From Diplonema japonicum (lineage: Eukaryota; Protista; Euglenozoa: Diplonemea): DNA of 64,000 nt. The notes under the pieces are model-generated. The model was not told the DNA's origin. It searched no databases and saw nothing but the letters and a program-made list of their open reading frames with translations. The translations under genes were made by a program, and so were the position numbers. Every line of letters begins with the position of its first letter. Position 1 is the stretch's first letter. The stretch lies in NCBI GenBank assembly GCA_964019335.1, contig OZ025695.1, positions 310,001 to 374,000 of the forward strand, in the 5' to 3' direction. This document shows, one piece after another, positions 11,710 through 23,012 of the stretch.

Positions 11710-12659
11710 GAGAATAACAACGTACATGGTAACCAAATAACTTTTTTCCACTCAAGTCTGTAAGCAGAATTTCCACCACTGTTTACGGTACCCACAACTT
11801 TTTTTTCCACTCTCCACGGTAACCTACAACTTTTTTTTTCCACTCAAATGGTTTTTTTGTAAAGATTTTCCACTCTCCACGGTAACCTATTTTTATTTCC
11901 ACTAAAGCAATGTAAGTAAGAACTTTTTTCCCACCGTCAACGGTAACCTAAAACTTTTTTTCCACCGTCCACGGAAACCCACAACTTTTTTTCCAACGTC
12001 CACGGTGGAGGTGCGTGCACTTGGGAAAAACGTGTAGGCACAGCCAGAGCTCGAAAAAGACACCAAGAATTTCTCCTGGAAGTTGGCAGGGGCGATTTCC
12101 AAAGACGATTTAAAGCCAAAGCCGAGGAATCTGGCGTCTGATGTACTTCTCCACCCCTCGCCCCCCTGCCTGTGAATATGCCAAGGATGACCTCAAGCCC
12201 CTGTTGTCACGAAGTCACAGATAGGCCAGCAAAGAGGAAAATAAATGCAGCAACTTGTAAGAACCCTCATTACTCAACTGTTGCGCCAGCAACAATCACT
12301 CCTCGAAGTGCTGTCCCGGTTGTAGTCCCAGCCTTCAGGGTAGCCACCCATTTCTCTTAAAAGGTCTTTTTTCCTTTTCTTTTGCTATGACATCATGTTT
12401 TGCCCCCCTCGCTACATTTCGTGCCAAACCCCAATGAGTCGTAAAAATGTCGGAGGTTACCGTGGACGGTGGAAAAAAAGTTAGTGGTTGCATAAGGGAA
12501 ATTGTTGGTGGTTACAGTAAAAAGTGGAAAAAAAGTTGTAGGTTACCGTGGATGGTGGAAAAAAAGTTGGAGGTTACCGTGGATGGTGGAAAAAAAGTTG
12601 TAGGTTTAAGGCGACGGTGGAAAAAAGTTATTTGGTTACCGTGGACGTTGGTTTCCCCC
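11710..12659. mobile_element. Foldback-type TIR element with tandem ~30-bp subterminal units
   Basis: Left array of TTTTTTCCAC..TCCACGGTAACC.ACAAC (11710-12005) is mirrored by an inverted array (12447-12659). The outermost ~37 bp are near-perfect inverted repeats; T-runs flank both sides. Confidence 0.85.
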
Positions 12660-13218
12660 TTTTTTTTTTTTTTTTTTATTAACTGAACAGACGGTTCCGG
12701 CAATTAAGGGGAGTTGGTTCGACATAAGTTCTTCTTTTTTGTTTTTCTTTCTTCCTTCTTCCCTCCCTCCTTTTCCCCCCCCCCTTCTTTAGAGAAAAGA
12801 AGAAAGGAAAAAAAGAAAAGGAGGGGAAAAAATAGAAGAAAATAAAACGGTAAACAACACGAGGAGGGCTAAGGGAGAGGAGGGGCGACATGGAAGCTAG
12901 ATGTTTTTTTTTTTAAATGAGGCTATTTCACCCCCCCCTCCCCCTTTTTTTTGTTAGACAAGTCTTTGATAAGACTCATTCTTGTAAATAAAGATCATTC
13001 GTTTTTTTATTTTTTTTTATTTTTAGCCACCTTGTATGTTCCCGTTCCCATCTTACCCTTTATCCTTTTAGAGGATACAAGGGAACTATAGGTATCTATA
13101 TATATTTTTTTTTGAGAAGGGGGGAGGGGGGGTGTCGGACCTGGCTCCAGTGCACTGCTTAAAGCTACCCGTAGCTGCACTTTCACCAGTAAAAAAAAGG
13201 TTAGGCGAAGATTTTCAT

Positions 13219-13250
<32 letters not shown>

Positions 13251-13674
13251 CAATCGTTCTTTCTCCCTTCCATTCTCTTTGTTCGACAAAAAAAATCAAA
13301 ACAACAACGACTTCACCGCCTCCATAAGGTTCCCCATTGCCACATCGTGACCCCTAAGGTAATGCAGAGCCTGCAGTACCCGGGGGGGGGGGGGGTTATT
13401 TCACGACACTCTGATATTACTTTGTTCACCACGAAGGGCGAAGGGGAGGTACAACCCCCCTCCCTTCCAAGTGCAGGTCGTTTCAGAAGAGTGAAATAAA
13501 TTATAACAGGGTAGATCAAAAAAGAAAAAAAAAAAGAGGACTTAAAAAAAAAAACTTTAGGAACAAAAAAAAAGGGGATCACGTGGGAGAGAGATTTCTA
13601 TTTCATTTAAAAAAAAAATTGATACAAAAAAAAAAAAGTTCAGTGTAGTAGCCTCCCCCTCCCCCTCCCCTGTT

Positions 13675-16047
13675 TTACAAATTCTCGTCTCGAAGCATAT
13701 CCTGAACGGTAGTACCCCGCAGCAGAGGCGAAGGTATCAGCAGCGTGGTTTCGGTGACGGAGTTTCCGGAGGTTCGCCGTTTTCCGTTCCCGTTGGTGTT
13801 GTTGGTTCCTAGCCCATCAAGTAGCGTGTTTGCGAAGTAAGGTTCCTGGCCCTTTTTACTCGGTCTAGAGGGGAGGTGGAGAGGTGATATATACGACTGG
13901 GATGTTGAGCTCGTGGGAAGAGAGGAGTTGGGAAGGGATGGGACGGGTGTGTTCGCCTTCTTAGGTCGCTTCTCCTTCTTCTCCGACGTGCGGGCGGCAA
14001 TGGCGGCAGCTAGAATGACAGGTCCGTCTGGTACTTGTAGCTGTTCCACCGTTCCACAGCTATCAGACGACCCTTCTGCGACAGGGAGCTGCCATTCATT
14101 GAAAGACGCATTCAACAGCTTACTGTCGCGCTTCAATGGCCCCATTAAAGGATTCCCCTCATCATCCCACAGCGACATATCGATCACCACCGGATCTTTT
14201 TTCGGTTTTTTTTTTCGCTTCGTTCGCAGTTTTTTCACTGTTTCTCTTGCGGCTACGGCCGCTGCCATCACCACCAACGGCACCTCCAGATCAACACTGC
14301 TTTGTAAAACAGGCGGCGACGGCGGCCGCGATCCCGCTTCTGAGCTGCAAACAGACTCCGCTAAGAGTCCGACATCTCGTAAGGGATTTAAAAACATCTT
14401 TGGCCGTTTGCTCAAAGAAGATCCTCTTCGTCGGAAAGGGTCTTTCAAAGGGGACAGCATAGTGGAATCGTGATGCTGTGGGAAGGTAAAGCTGCTGAGA
14501 TGCGTGGGCTTTCTGTTCTTGGTGGGTTTCCTGGAGAGGTTGGGCCGGAGCTCAGCTGAAGACATGTGGCGGAAATTGAATGAAGCGTGCTTGCCTTGAT
14601 GAAAACTCGGTTCGTCGGCTTCGTTGAAACTATTTTGCGGGTCGCGGGGTGTTATTGTTTTGATGATCTGGACGAGGCTTTCAACAGTCGCTGTTAGGTT
14701 GTCGATCTTCTCGTCGAGAACGGAGTCCGTCGCCATAAGCTGCGCCTTGGCAAGCTGGTGCCTCCGGTTTCTGAATTCCTTGACCGCCCCGTAGATTTTG
14801 TTCCGCTTGTGATTGTTTATCTTAAGAAGCCGTTTCAACGCACCTTCATCATCCTCTTGTTTCGCCGCCTTCTCAATACCGGACAAAGCTGCTCCAGCCG
14901 AACCACCGCGACGCTCCTTCTGTTTCTTGGCTTCTCTTTCATGTTGTTTTGTCTCCCTCCACACGTGTTGGATAAGCGTGGTGGCAGCTATTTTATACTC
15001 CAAATGTGCGACCTGATTGTCGCAAAAAACAGATATCAACTGCTCGTTTCGCGACAATGCGAGTTTGTTCGTCAAAATACCACCGAACATGGCGGCGATC
15101 ACGTGGCCGATAATACCGATGCAGCAGGTTAAGAATCTCCCGGTGATGGTAACGGGGACCATGTCGCCGTACCCGATTGTGGACGATGTGATGAAGGCGA
15201 ACCACAGGCAGTTGCCGGGTTCGGCGAAATCGGCCTGCTTGTCTCGTTCCAACACGAACATGCAAAACGCAGCAACGAGAAGAGAGACCACCAAACAATA
15301 TATAGTCATCAGGACCGGATTATCATAAAAAATCATCTTCAAGGTTAACCTCCACCGAATTTTCAAATTCATTCGCCTAAAATCCTCGTAATAAGCGCTG
15401 ATTCGAGATCTTTTTAAAAACGCGTCGCTCGATGTATGCAACATCCTAACAACCAAGTACAGTCTTAAAAACATCAAAAGCTGAAGAATCTGATATAGAT
15501 ACCAGTCTCTTGGTACCCACGGGTACGGGAGAATCAGATGCACAATGACCTCCCCAACGAACTTTGGAAAGAGGGAGGAGGTGATGAATTGGTAGGAATG
15601 TTTCGATTCCCCTATGGCTTGTTTGGCGGCGACGACCTGCTGTATCATGGATTTGCCTTTCAGAAGACCTTTCGCCCATTCTTGTTGCTTGAGCGTTAGG
15701 AGGTTACGGTAGTACTGAACTAGGAAGATAATAGACAGAATGGTCATGAGGATCAGCGCTGTTTCCGTGCACACGACGAAGGTCTCTATCCAATCCTCGT
15801 CACCCTTGGCGTAGATTACACAGTTTTGAATGATCATCAGTACAACGGCGCCTAGTGAGCTCGCACATATATGTTGGTCCTTTTTTAGCCTCCACCTGTC
15901 GGCCGCAACACCTGTTGTAGTACCCAGGTTCACAGCATTTGTATCCGGTATAGCTTGCCCGGGGGCAGTTGGCAAGGATGCCAAGCCCAGTCCTGATGCC
16001 TGTTTGTCTAAGCCCAGCAATGGGGAACTTCCACCGTTGATCTCCAT
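13675..16047 (-). CDS. Small/intermediate-conductance Ca2+-activated (SK-like) potassium channel
   Basis: 6 TM segments, pore TSSTIGYGD, post-S6 IQHVWRE and HKRNKIYGAVKEFR calmodulin-binding-like segment, long disordered tail. Confidence 0.85.
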   Translation of the reverse strand: MEINGGSSPLLGLDKQASGLGLASLPTAPGQAIPDTNAVNLGTTTGVAADRWRLKKDQHICASSLGAVVLMIIQNCVIYAKGDEDWIETFVVCTETALILMTILSIIFLVQYYRNLLTLKQQEWAKGLLKGKSMIQQVVAAKQAIGESKHSYQFITSSLFPKFVGEVIVHLILPYPWVPRDWYLYQILQLLMFLRLYLVVRMLHTSSDAFLKRSRISAYYEDFRRMNLKIRWRLTLKMIFYDNPVLMTIYCLVVSLLVAAFCMFVLERDKQADFAEPGNCLWFAFITSSTIGYGDMVPVTITGRFLTCCIGIIGHVIAAMFGGILTNKLALSRNEQLISVFCDNQVAHLEYKIAATTLIQHVWRETKQHEREAKKQKERRGGSAGAALSGIEKAAKQEDDEGALKRLLKINNHKRNKIYGAVKEFRNRRHQLAKAQLMATDSVLDEKIDNLTATVESLVQIIKTITPRDPQNSFNEADEPSFHQGKHASFNFRHMSSAELRPNLSRKPTKNRKPTHLSSFTFPQHHDSTMLSPLKDPFRRRGSSLSKRPKMFLNPLRDVGLLAESVCSSEAGSRPPSPPVLQSSVDLEVPLVVMAAAVAARETVKKLRTKRKKKPKKDPVVIDMSLWDDEGNPLMGPLKRDSKLLNASFNEWQLPVAEGSSDSCGTVEQLQVPDGPVILAAAIAARTSEKKEKRPKKANTPVPSLPNSSLPTSSTSQSYISPLHLPSRPSKKGQEPYFANTLLDGLGTNNTNGNGKRRTSGNSVTETTLLIPSPLLRGTTVQDMLRDENL

Positions 16048-16763
16048 GTTTCCCACCCACCTTTAATTTTTTTTCCCCCCCCATAACAGAGTGTTTTTCA
16101 TTGGGTGCCCTGGAGCACTTCTTAGCACAGAACTATTGATTTATGAAACACGGCACCCCGGATGCAATTGTAGAATGGTGACAGGCACGTGTAGGATCCC
16201 CTGTCCACGGTGGGCACTAACCATGGCACAAATCCCGCAAAAGTGGATCGAGTTTTTTTTGTTGATTTGCTGGCCTCTTTTCTCTGACGCCTCATTTTTT
16301 CACAAATCTGCAGAACATCAGGGGAAAAAAAATAAAGTACTTTATTTTTCCCGGCTCTAGCCAAAAAAATCCCATTAGAGGGAATCCCGAAAATAAATAA
16401 AGACAAAAAAAAAAAAAAAAAAAAAAAAAAAGACACTTGGTTGTTGATTTTCTTAAAAACACCCCCCCCCCCCCCCCCGCGATGTTTGAAACGTGGCTCT
16501 AAAAAAATGAAATGAAATGAAACAAACACAAAAAAAAGGGAATTTCTGGAATAAATGCCGAAAGCTATTCGGTGTGAATACACATTTGGTGTAGAATACA
16601 TTTCTTGTAGAGCATACCTCTGAAAACAAAAACGTCAGTACGCGATTTAAAAAAAAAATCTTTTTTTTTTTTAAAGCTAGACCTAAGATTAATTCGCCTA
16701 CTCAGAGACTTTTCTCATAAAAAAAAAAAGGGAGGGAAACATAGAATATATAATAAAAAGTGC

Positions 16764-16806
<43 letters not shown>

Positions 16807-16902
16807 CCCGTTCCCATATAAAAAAAAAAGGAAACAAATATGGTGAATTTGTTTTACCCTTTTTTTTAAAAAAAAAAAAAAAAAATCACCCCCCTTATAT
16901 TT

Positions 16903-17760
16903 TCACAGCTTTGCTTTCTTTTTTGCCATGGGGTTAGTGGGCTTACCCCCAACAGCATGGAGAGATCTTCTCATAATGTCTTTCTCGTGAGCAAAAACGG
17001 TTTCAAGAGACCTCCTCAGGTGCCCGTTCATGACCTGCTTGGTGAAGGTGAGGGTGGTGGCGGCACCAACCTGGATAATCTCTTCGGCTTTCTCCACAGC
17101 ACAGTTTACGACTGTCTCGGGGGGGTGAAGGGAATTCACAAGGCCGTAGTCACGGGCTTTTGATGCCGAGAACCACTCAGCAGTCAGGATCAACTCCTTG
17201 GCCCTGGCTGTACCGATAAGGTAAGGGAGCATAAACGACGACCCAAGCTCGGGTGTGATGCCAAGCTTCATGAATGGGTAGGTAAACCGCGCATTTGTCG
17301 CAGCGAAAACCAGATCATGCTGATTCATAAGGGCCATGTTGCAGGCACCCCCCACGGCGAAACCTGTAACAGCAGCGATAGAAAGTTTTTTGAAGTCCCA
17401 AAAGGCTTTTGTTAGACCCCCGAGAACACCATCAGTTGGGTCTAATGCCATGCCCCTTGCAAGGTAATCTTTGGTGATCTCTTTTGGAATGTAAACCTTG
17501 TCGTCCCCCTTCAGCATGAGACCGGAGCCCCAGTTGTTCCTTCCGCACCACACTGCCGCTTTTACGTCGTTGCATCTGCCCATGTGCTCCAACGTGGCGA
17601 ACGTTTCAGCAATTAGGTTCGGGGACAAAGCGTTTCTTGTTTTGTGGTCATCCCACATGCATACTGCCACACCGGAGTGTTTCAACTCGTATGTGATGTT
17701 CCTGAGCTCGTACACCACAGGGGCCCCTGTCGTTGGGTACAACAAGATTTCCCCAGGCAT
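16903..17760 (-). CDS. Enoyl-CoA hydratase/isomerase (crotonase family), peroxisomal (PTS1 AKL)
   Basis: IAAVTGFAVGG, PFMKLGITPELGSS, AKELIL motifs; C-terminal AKL; ATG 17760 after an A-run. Confidence 0.9.
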   Translation of the reverse strand: MPGEILLYPTTGAPVVYELRNITYELKHSGVAVCMWDDHKTRNALSPNLIAETFATLEHMGRCNDVKAAVWCGRNNWGSGLMLKGDDKVYIPKEITKDYLARGMALDPTDGVLGGLTKAFWDFKKLSIAAVTGFAVGGACNMALMNQHDLVFAATNARFTYPFMKLGITPELGSSFMLPYLIGTARAKELILTAEWFSASKARDYGLVNSLHPPETVVNCAVEKAEEIIQVGAATTLTFTKQVMNGHLRRSLETVFAHEKDIMRRSLHAVGGKPTNPMAKKKAKL

Positions 17761-18408
17761 TCTTTTTTTTTTTTTTTTTTTTTTTTTCCTGAGCGCGGTA
17801 TTGTAGGTGTTCAAAATATGGTAAAAAAACAACGCACGTTTTTTTAGGTGGTGGGGATAACATGGAAATATAAGAAGTACATCAGATGTGTTGTTCGCTG
17901 TTGACCTCCTCGTCGGTCATCACGCCCGAGTGGAAGAACGTAACGCAGATGCTCAGGGTGACGAACAGGCAGCAAACTGCACGAGCGCAGAATCTTGGTT
18001 ACCCGGGACGCCCCGGCTAGGGTTGAGCACACCGCATGCATTAAGGACACGACGCGGAACGCAGAAGAAGCTACTGCTCGGCCGTGGAGCGCCCCCTGTA
18101 ATCAAGTAGGTATTTCGTGCTTCGTTGCACGCTTAACGCCACCTAGTGTTGCAATCAAAGCCCCATTTCTTTTTTTTTTTCCCTCGCTAAAAAAAATTCT
18201 TAAAAAACTAACTGTAAAGAAGAGCGGGGCGCATGAAGGAGATGATGGAAAGGAGAGAAACCATACTAGCCATGGCAACCACCCCTACCATCACAGAAGT
18301 CCCTGTATCTCGAAACATCGGATGTTTTAAAAAACTTCCGCAAACCCGCAAAGTTTTTTACTTCCGCAAACCCGGACTTTGTATATTTTCGTCGAAACCT
18401 GGCCGGGT

Positions 18409-18449
<41 letters not shown>

Positions 18450-19087
18450 GCCTTAGTGTAAGCGCCCTATTTTTTTTTGGCCTAATTTCGACATTTTTGA
18501 CCCTTGGCATAGCTGTGAAGCGAATCGGTTTTCGCACATTTTTCGCATTGTCAGGTCTAAGCCCAAATTTTCGCATCCCACCCTTTGTGGTCAAGAACGA
18601 CAAACTGAAAATACTGCACAGGCTTGGTACCATTGGTGACCCTTCGTATTAACTTCCCGCGCATAAAAGTTGACACTTGATTGCCAGAGAAGCAAGCCTT
18701 TTTTTCTCTTTTTGTAAAGGTGGTATTCGATCAGCCAAACGGTCTCAAGTTTGACACCGTGCTGCCTTCCCCGAGTGCTTGCGTACGCCTGCATGAAGTG
18801 AGGGTAATATGATCCCGGCATATAAATCATACTTACGAACGGTATTCTTGCCCAGACATGTCATAGATAGAAGAGAACTGGCTGCCAGAGACGTACATTG
18901 TGGTGTCCTACAGCTTGCAATCCCGTTTAAGCAAATCGTAGCTGCCGCATAGTAAGCCCGCCTGCTTTAGTTGCCTCTAAAATAAATATCATTTGAGCAA
19001 CTTCATTTTTCTACGCAAAATATAAAAAAAAAAAAAAAAGAAAAAAAAAAAAAAAAGGAGAGAACAGAAAAGACAGGGTGGGTGGGA

Positions 19088-19219
19088 TAACGGCCCCATA
19101 TCTCTAACTCAGACCGTCTGGCACCTGCTTCCCTTGGTTTTCCTAATAAGAATTTCCTTCTACAGCCCCCTTAGCAAGTTCAGGATTGACCAGATGGGTG
19201 TTAGAGATATGGGGGGTTA
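19088..19219. repeat. Small hairpin/MITE-like element
   Basis: CCCCATATCTCTAAC ... GTTAGAGATATGGGG inverted pair, extending imperfectly inward. Confidence 0.55.
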
Positions 19220-19480
19220 CAGGGGGAAAAAAGTCGATGGAGTTTCAGTGTGCATGGGGTGTCACTGAAGAACTTGATGATTAATCATGCCATACGTAGT
19301 GCAATGGGAAGGGGGAAAAGAAGAGCAAGAAAGTGCGCCTGGGTTGCCTAGCTCATCCGTGCAAACCTTTCTTAAAAGCACTAAAAACTACGTTTTTTTT
19401 TTTTTCTTCCCTGTTTTTTTTGACGGGGGGGGGGGGGGGGGGGGGACAAGGGAGGGATCTTTGTTTTTTTTTCTTTTTAT

Positions 19481-19945
19481 TATTTCGTCATTTTCTTCAC
19501 TCACTAGGGCTCATTTAACGCGAAAACGCCCAAAATTTAACTAGTTAAATTATGAGATTTTGGAGTTAAATTATGGATTCCAAAGTGAAAAAATGGGTCT
19601 TGTTATGGAAAAAATGTACCCGATCCCTTGAAAAATCTTTTTGGGGGTGGGGTATTTTGACTATTTTTTGGCAATCTGAGGCCATTCCGGCCCTTAAAAG
19701 TGGGAATAAGTGCTTTACTTCCCCTTAAAATGCCACGGCAAAATAGCTGCCCCAAAAAGCTGACGCGTGTGAGAAAAACAGCAGTGAAAGCAGTGAGAGA
19801 GAGTGACAAAACGACTTACTTGCCGCCAAATGAGCCATTATTTAACACTCGTTATCCGTTTATTTTTGCACGAGGGTCGTGCAAAAAGAAATTCGGGAAC
19901 TCAAGTTAAATAATGGCTCATTATTTGCTGGCAATAAATAGCTAC
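19481..19945. mobile_element. Palindromic element, copy B (reverse orientation of 548-1090)
   Basis: Colinear reverse-complement similarity along the whole length; palindrome tip shortened (TTTTTGCACGA GGG TCGTGCAAAAA). Confidence 0.85.
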
Positions 19946-20080
19946 TGTAAAACAATAAATTACCGAAAGTGAAAACTAAAGTTTTTTTTTTCTTTGTGCT
20001 GTCCCCCCCTGAAGAATTTATCTGTGGCAAAAGAGCTTTTAAAAAAAAAAAAAAAAATGGCAAAAATAGCTGTCATAAAT

Positions 20081-20421
20081 ACGTAAGACCAGGGATCAGG
20101 TTTTCTAGCATACTGACTTTTCCAGTCTGATATGCTAGATGTCGGTACCAGAGCACTTGTTTCTAAGGGCAGGCTTATCCTGCGCTTGTTTGGTCAGCGT
20201 CCGGAAAAAAGAATGAAAAAATGAAGACCCTCCAAGGGTTTGAACCCCCTGTTGCGCAGACACCACGTAAGACCAGGAGGGGCAGGGGGATCAGGTTTTC
20301 TAGCATACTGACTTTTCCAGTCTGATATGCTAGATGTCGGTACCAGAGTACTTGTTTCTAGGGGCAGGCTTATCCTACGCTCGGAAAAGAAAATGAAAGA
20401 ATGAAGATGTTGCGCAGACAC
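20081..20421 (-). repeat. Two tandem ~160-185-bp units containing a hairpin and a tRNA-like A-box/B-box segment
   Basis: Units start at 20081 and 20265 with ~90 nt near-identical. Minus strand 20283-20226 has TGGTCTTACGTGG and GGTTCAAACCC, then a T-run. Confidence 0.75.
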
Positions 20422-20961
20422 GTCGAAACAACAGGCCACGGAATGAGTACATTTTTGATAGCATTATGTTTCATTTTTTTTTTTTCCTGCATCACAAAAC
20501 CCCTTATAAAAAGAAAATAAACCATGAAGCAAGCAAACGGTCCACCGCAGTAGCGAGCCTGCCCTGTGATGACCCCCCCCCCCCCCCCCCCCTCCTGGGG
20601 CTTCCGGTAATTCTTTTTACTTCCGGTAAATTTTCCTTTCCGGAATTAATTGTTTTACAGTTTTTTTTTTTTTTTTTTTTTTTTTCTTCTTTTTCTTTTT
20701 TTTTTTCTTCGAATGTGAAAGAAGGAGCTAAAGGATTGAGTTTGAGAAAAACAAAAGTGTGCTTTTTTTTTTTACTATTCTTAGTTAAGTCCTTCGGCAT
20801 TTCATCACCCACTGTTAACTCAGAAACTGGGTCACTGATGAGCGGAGTGACTCAAATGACCAAAGGGAGGCGATCAAACTACCGCCAAATGACAGACACA
20901 ATCTTTTTTTTTTTTCTTTTTGTTCGTGTGCTTTATAACACACAAAAACAAAAGGCGGATA

Positions 20962-21002
<41 letters not shown>

Positions 21003-21082
21003 ACACTACCTAAATTATTATTTTTTTTTTTTTTGGAGGGAGGGAAATATCAATCAAAACGCCCGTATAGAAGGGAAACCCT

Positions 21083-22513
21083 TCACTCAACACCCAGTAT
21101 CATCTTTTCGTACCAAGCGCCGTTCAGCCATTTGGGCTTCCTCAGCCCCATCTCCGCTTGAAGGATTTTCTCCGTGAGCTGTAGCCCGCCTGTGGCCCAC
21201 CCGAAGGTGCCAAAAGAACGGCCGTAGTCCTGGTTGGCAAGGAAGACATTGTAATCCTCATTGGGGCGACGTACCACCTTCCACACCTTTTTGGGCTTCG
21301 TTAGCGCACACCCCGTGGCCCCAATCGACCCAACGTATGTGCCATTGCGAACAAAGTTCCCCATGTAAATAGCCTTGGGGGGTGCAAGGCTTGCAGGATC
21401 GACACCTGCCGCAGCAAGCTCTTTCGCATGGAACTCCATCAGCTGTGCATGAAGATCAGCAAGGACATTGGCATGCTTCCCACCAGGGACGATCCTTGTC
21501 ATTGCGTCATCCGGGTCTGCCATCATCTTCAACCAGTAGTTGCCTTCCATGTTTGTTATTGCCAAGCGGTAGTACACCATCAGTGCCCCCCAACAGTCCC
21601 CGTACTTCACAGGACTTTCTGCGTACACGGGAAGACCATCATTACCGTCCTCCACCTTGCACTTCGTCGGCCCGTCTTGATACCTACCGCTCAGGGGGAC
21701 TGCTTCTTTGTCGGTGCCGTACGATCCTTGCATCAGCCCCAGCTTGGAGTACCACCACGCGTCGTCGTACAGGGCGTACACCTTCAGTCCTGTGAGGAAG
21801 ATCTGGCTTGTCATGCAAGAGAACGCTTCTTCACTGCCGCCTGCCTTTGGGAAGATGACACTGTCCTGATCCAGGGCCCCCAGAGCTGTCATAGGTGTGT
21901 TCATGAGGACGATGTCCGAGTGGAGCTTGTGGTCGGTCCCTCTGAAGGTCAGAATTGCTGTGCGACGCCCGTCTTTTATGGTGTTCCCACCGTTCAACAC
22001 GCCAGTCACAACTGTTCCTGTGAAGAGGTGTGCTCCTTTGCTGATGAGCTGCTCCAACATGGTTTCAATGACAAGGGAGAACCGGGAGTTCCCGTACACA
22101 TCTGTCACTTTCAAACAGTTTGTTGAAAGCCCTCCGTCGCCGTGGCTGCACCCGCCGCCTGTGCAGTTGTAGTCGTAACACGCCGTCTTCAGCAACAGCC
22201 CTTTCATGATGAGATCGGAGGGGAGGTGGTCCCCTTCAGCAAACCTGTACGCTCCCACATCAACTTCAATGTCGCTCATTTCAGGGAAATCCTTCACACT
22301 GTACAACCTCCCGCCGATGCGTGCGTTCGCCTCGAAGATACACACATCAGAGGCGGCCACACGATGAGTGTCCACAGCAAGACGCCATGCAAAGTACACA
22401 CCAGAGAACCCAGCGCCTGCAACAGACACCTTGCATTTGGATGGGAGCTCTTCCGTGTGGTTGACTGCAGCAGAAGTTACCGCAGCTGCAGCCAGCAGTA
22501 CAGCTAACCTCAT
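21083..22513 (-). CDS. Secreted FAD-dependent L-amino acid/amine oxidase-like protein, copy 1
   Basis: Signal peptide; GAGFSG dinucleotide-binding motif; FEANARIGGR GG-motif; DVGAYRF; GWATGGL. Confidence 0.85.
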   Translation of the reverse strand: MRLAVLLAAAAVTSAAVNHTEELPSKCKVSVAGAGFSGVYFAWRLAVDTHRVAASDVCIFEANARIGGRLYSVKDFPEMSDIEVDVGAYRFAEGDHLPSDLIMKGLLLKTACYDYNCTGGGCSHGDGGLSTNCLKVTDVYGNSRFSLVIETMLEQLISKGAHLFTGTVVTGVLNGGNTIKDGRRTAILTFRGTDHKLHSDIVLMNTPMTALGALDQDSVIFPKAGGSEEAFSCMTSQIFLTGLKVYALYDDAWWYSKLGLMQGSYGTDKEAVPLSGRYQDGPTKCKVEDGNDGLPVYAESPVKYGDCWGALMVYYRLAITNMEGNYWLKMMADPDDAMTRIVPGGKHANVLADLHAQLMEFHAKELAAAGVDPASLAPPKAIYMGNFVRNGTYVGSIGATGCALTKPKKVWKVVRRPNEDYNVFLANQDYGRSFGTFGWATGGLQLTEKILQAEMGLRKPKWLNGAWYEKMILGVE

Positions 22514-22890
22514 TTTCTTCTTTTTATTTAAATTACGAACTATAAACTGCGGGGGTTACTTAACACCAGGAATGCTGTGAACAATTACTCAAGATCATTG
22601 AATGAAGAAAGTTGTGTTCTTTGAATGAAGTGGATTTCGATGAGAAGATGACCAATACTCTGGACCTACATGCACAGCCACTAGAAAGAGATGACGCATT
22701 GTTCCCAATCGCGCCAATGGCCAAAAAAATATAGCAATATTACGCAGGAGAAGTGGCAAAACTTGGAAACGCGTTTCCTTGCCAGCAAAGCCCTGGGGGG
22801 GGGGGGGGGGGGGAGGTCAAAAGCCCGGAGCCAATCCAATGAATGAAATCAAGTGAAAGACGAGACAGAAAATACACTGTAAAGTGGATT

Positions 22891-22940
<50 letters not shown>

Positions 22941-23012
22941 CACCAGTAGTTTGTACGCAAGAAACCTTGTCGGTTCCAGATACTTGCAAGATTAAGGAGC
23001 AAGAAGAAAAGG

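Noticed and set aside
11710-12659. Repeat arrays as CRISPR or telomeric repeats
   Set aside because: Units are degenerate, unspaced and arranged as inverted terminal arrays.
17882-17925. C/D box snoRNA (GTGATGA...CTGA on the minus strand)
   Set aside because: Only ~42 nt with no terminal stem; reads more like a decayed coding fragment.
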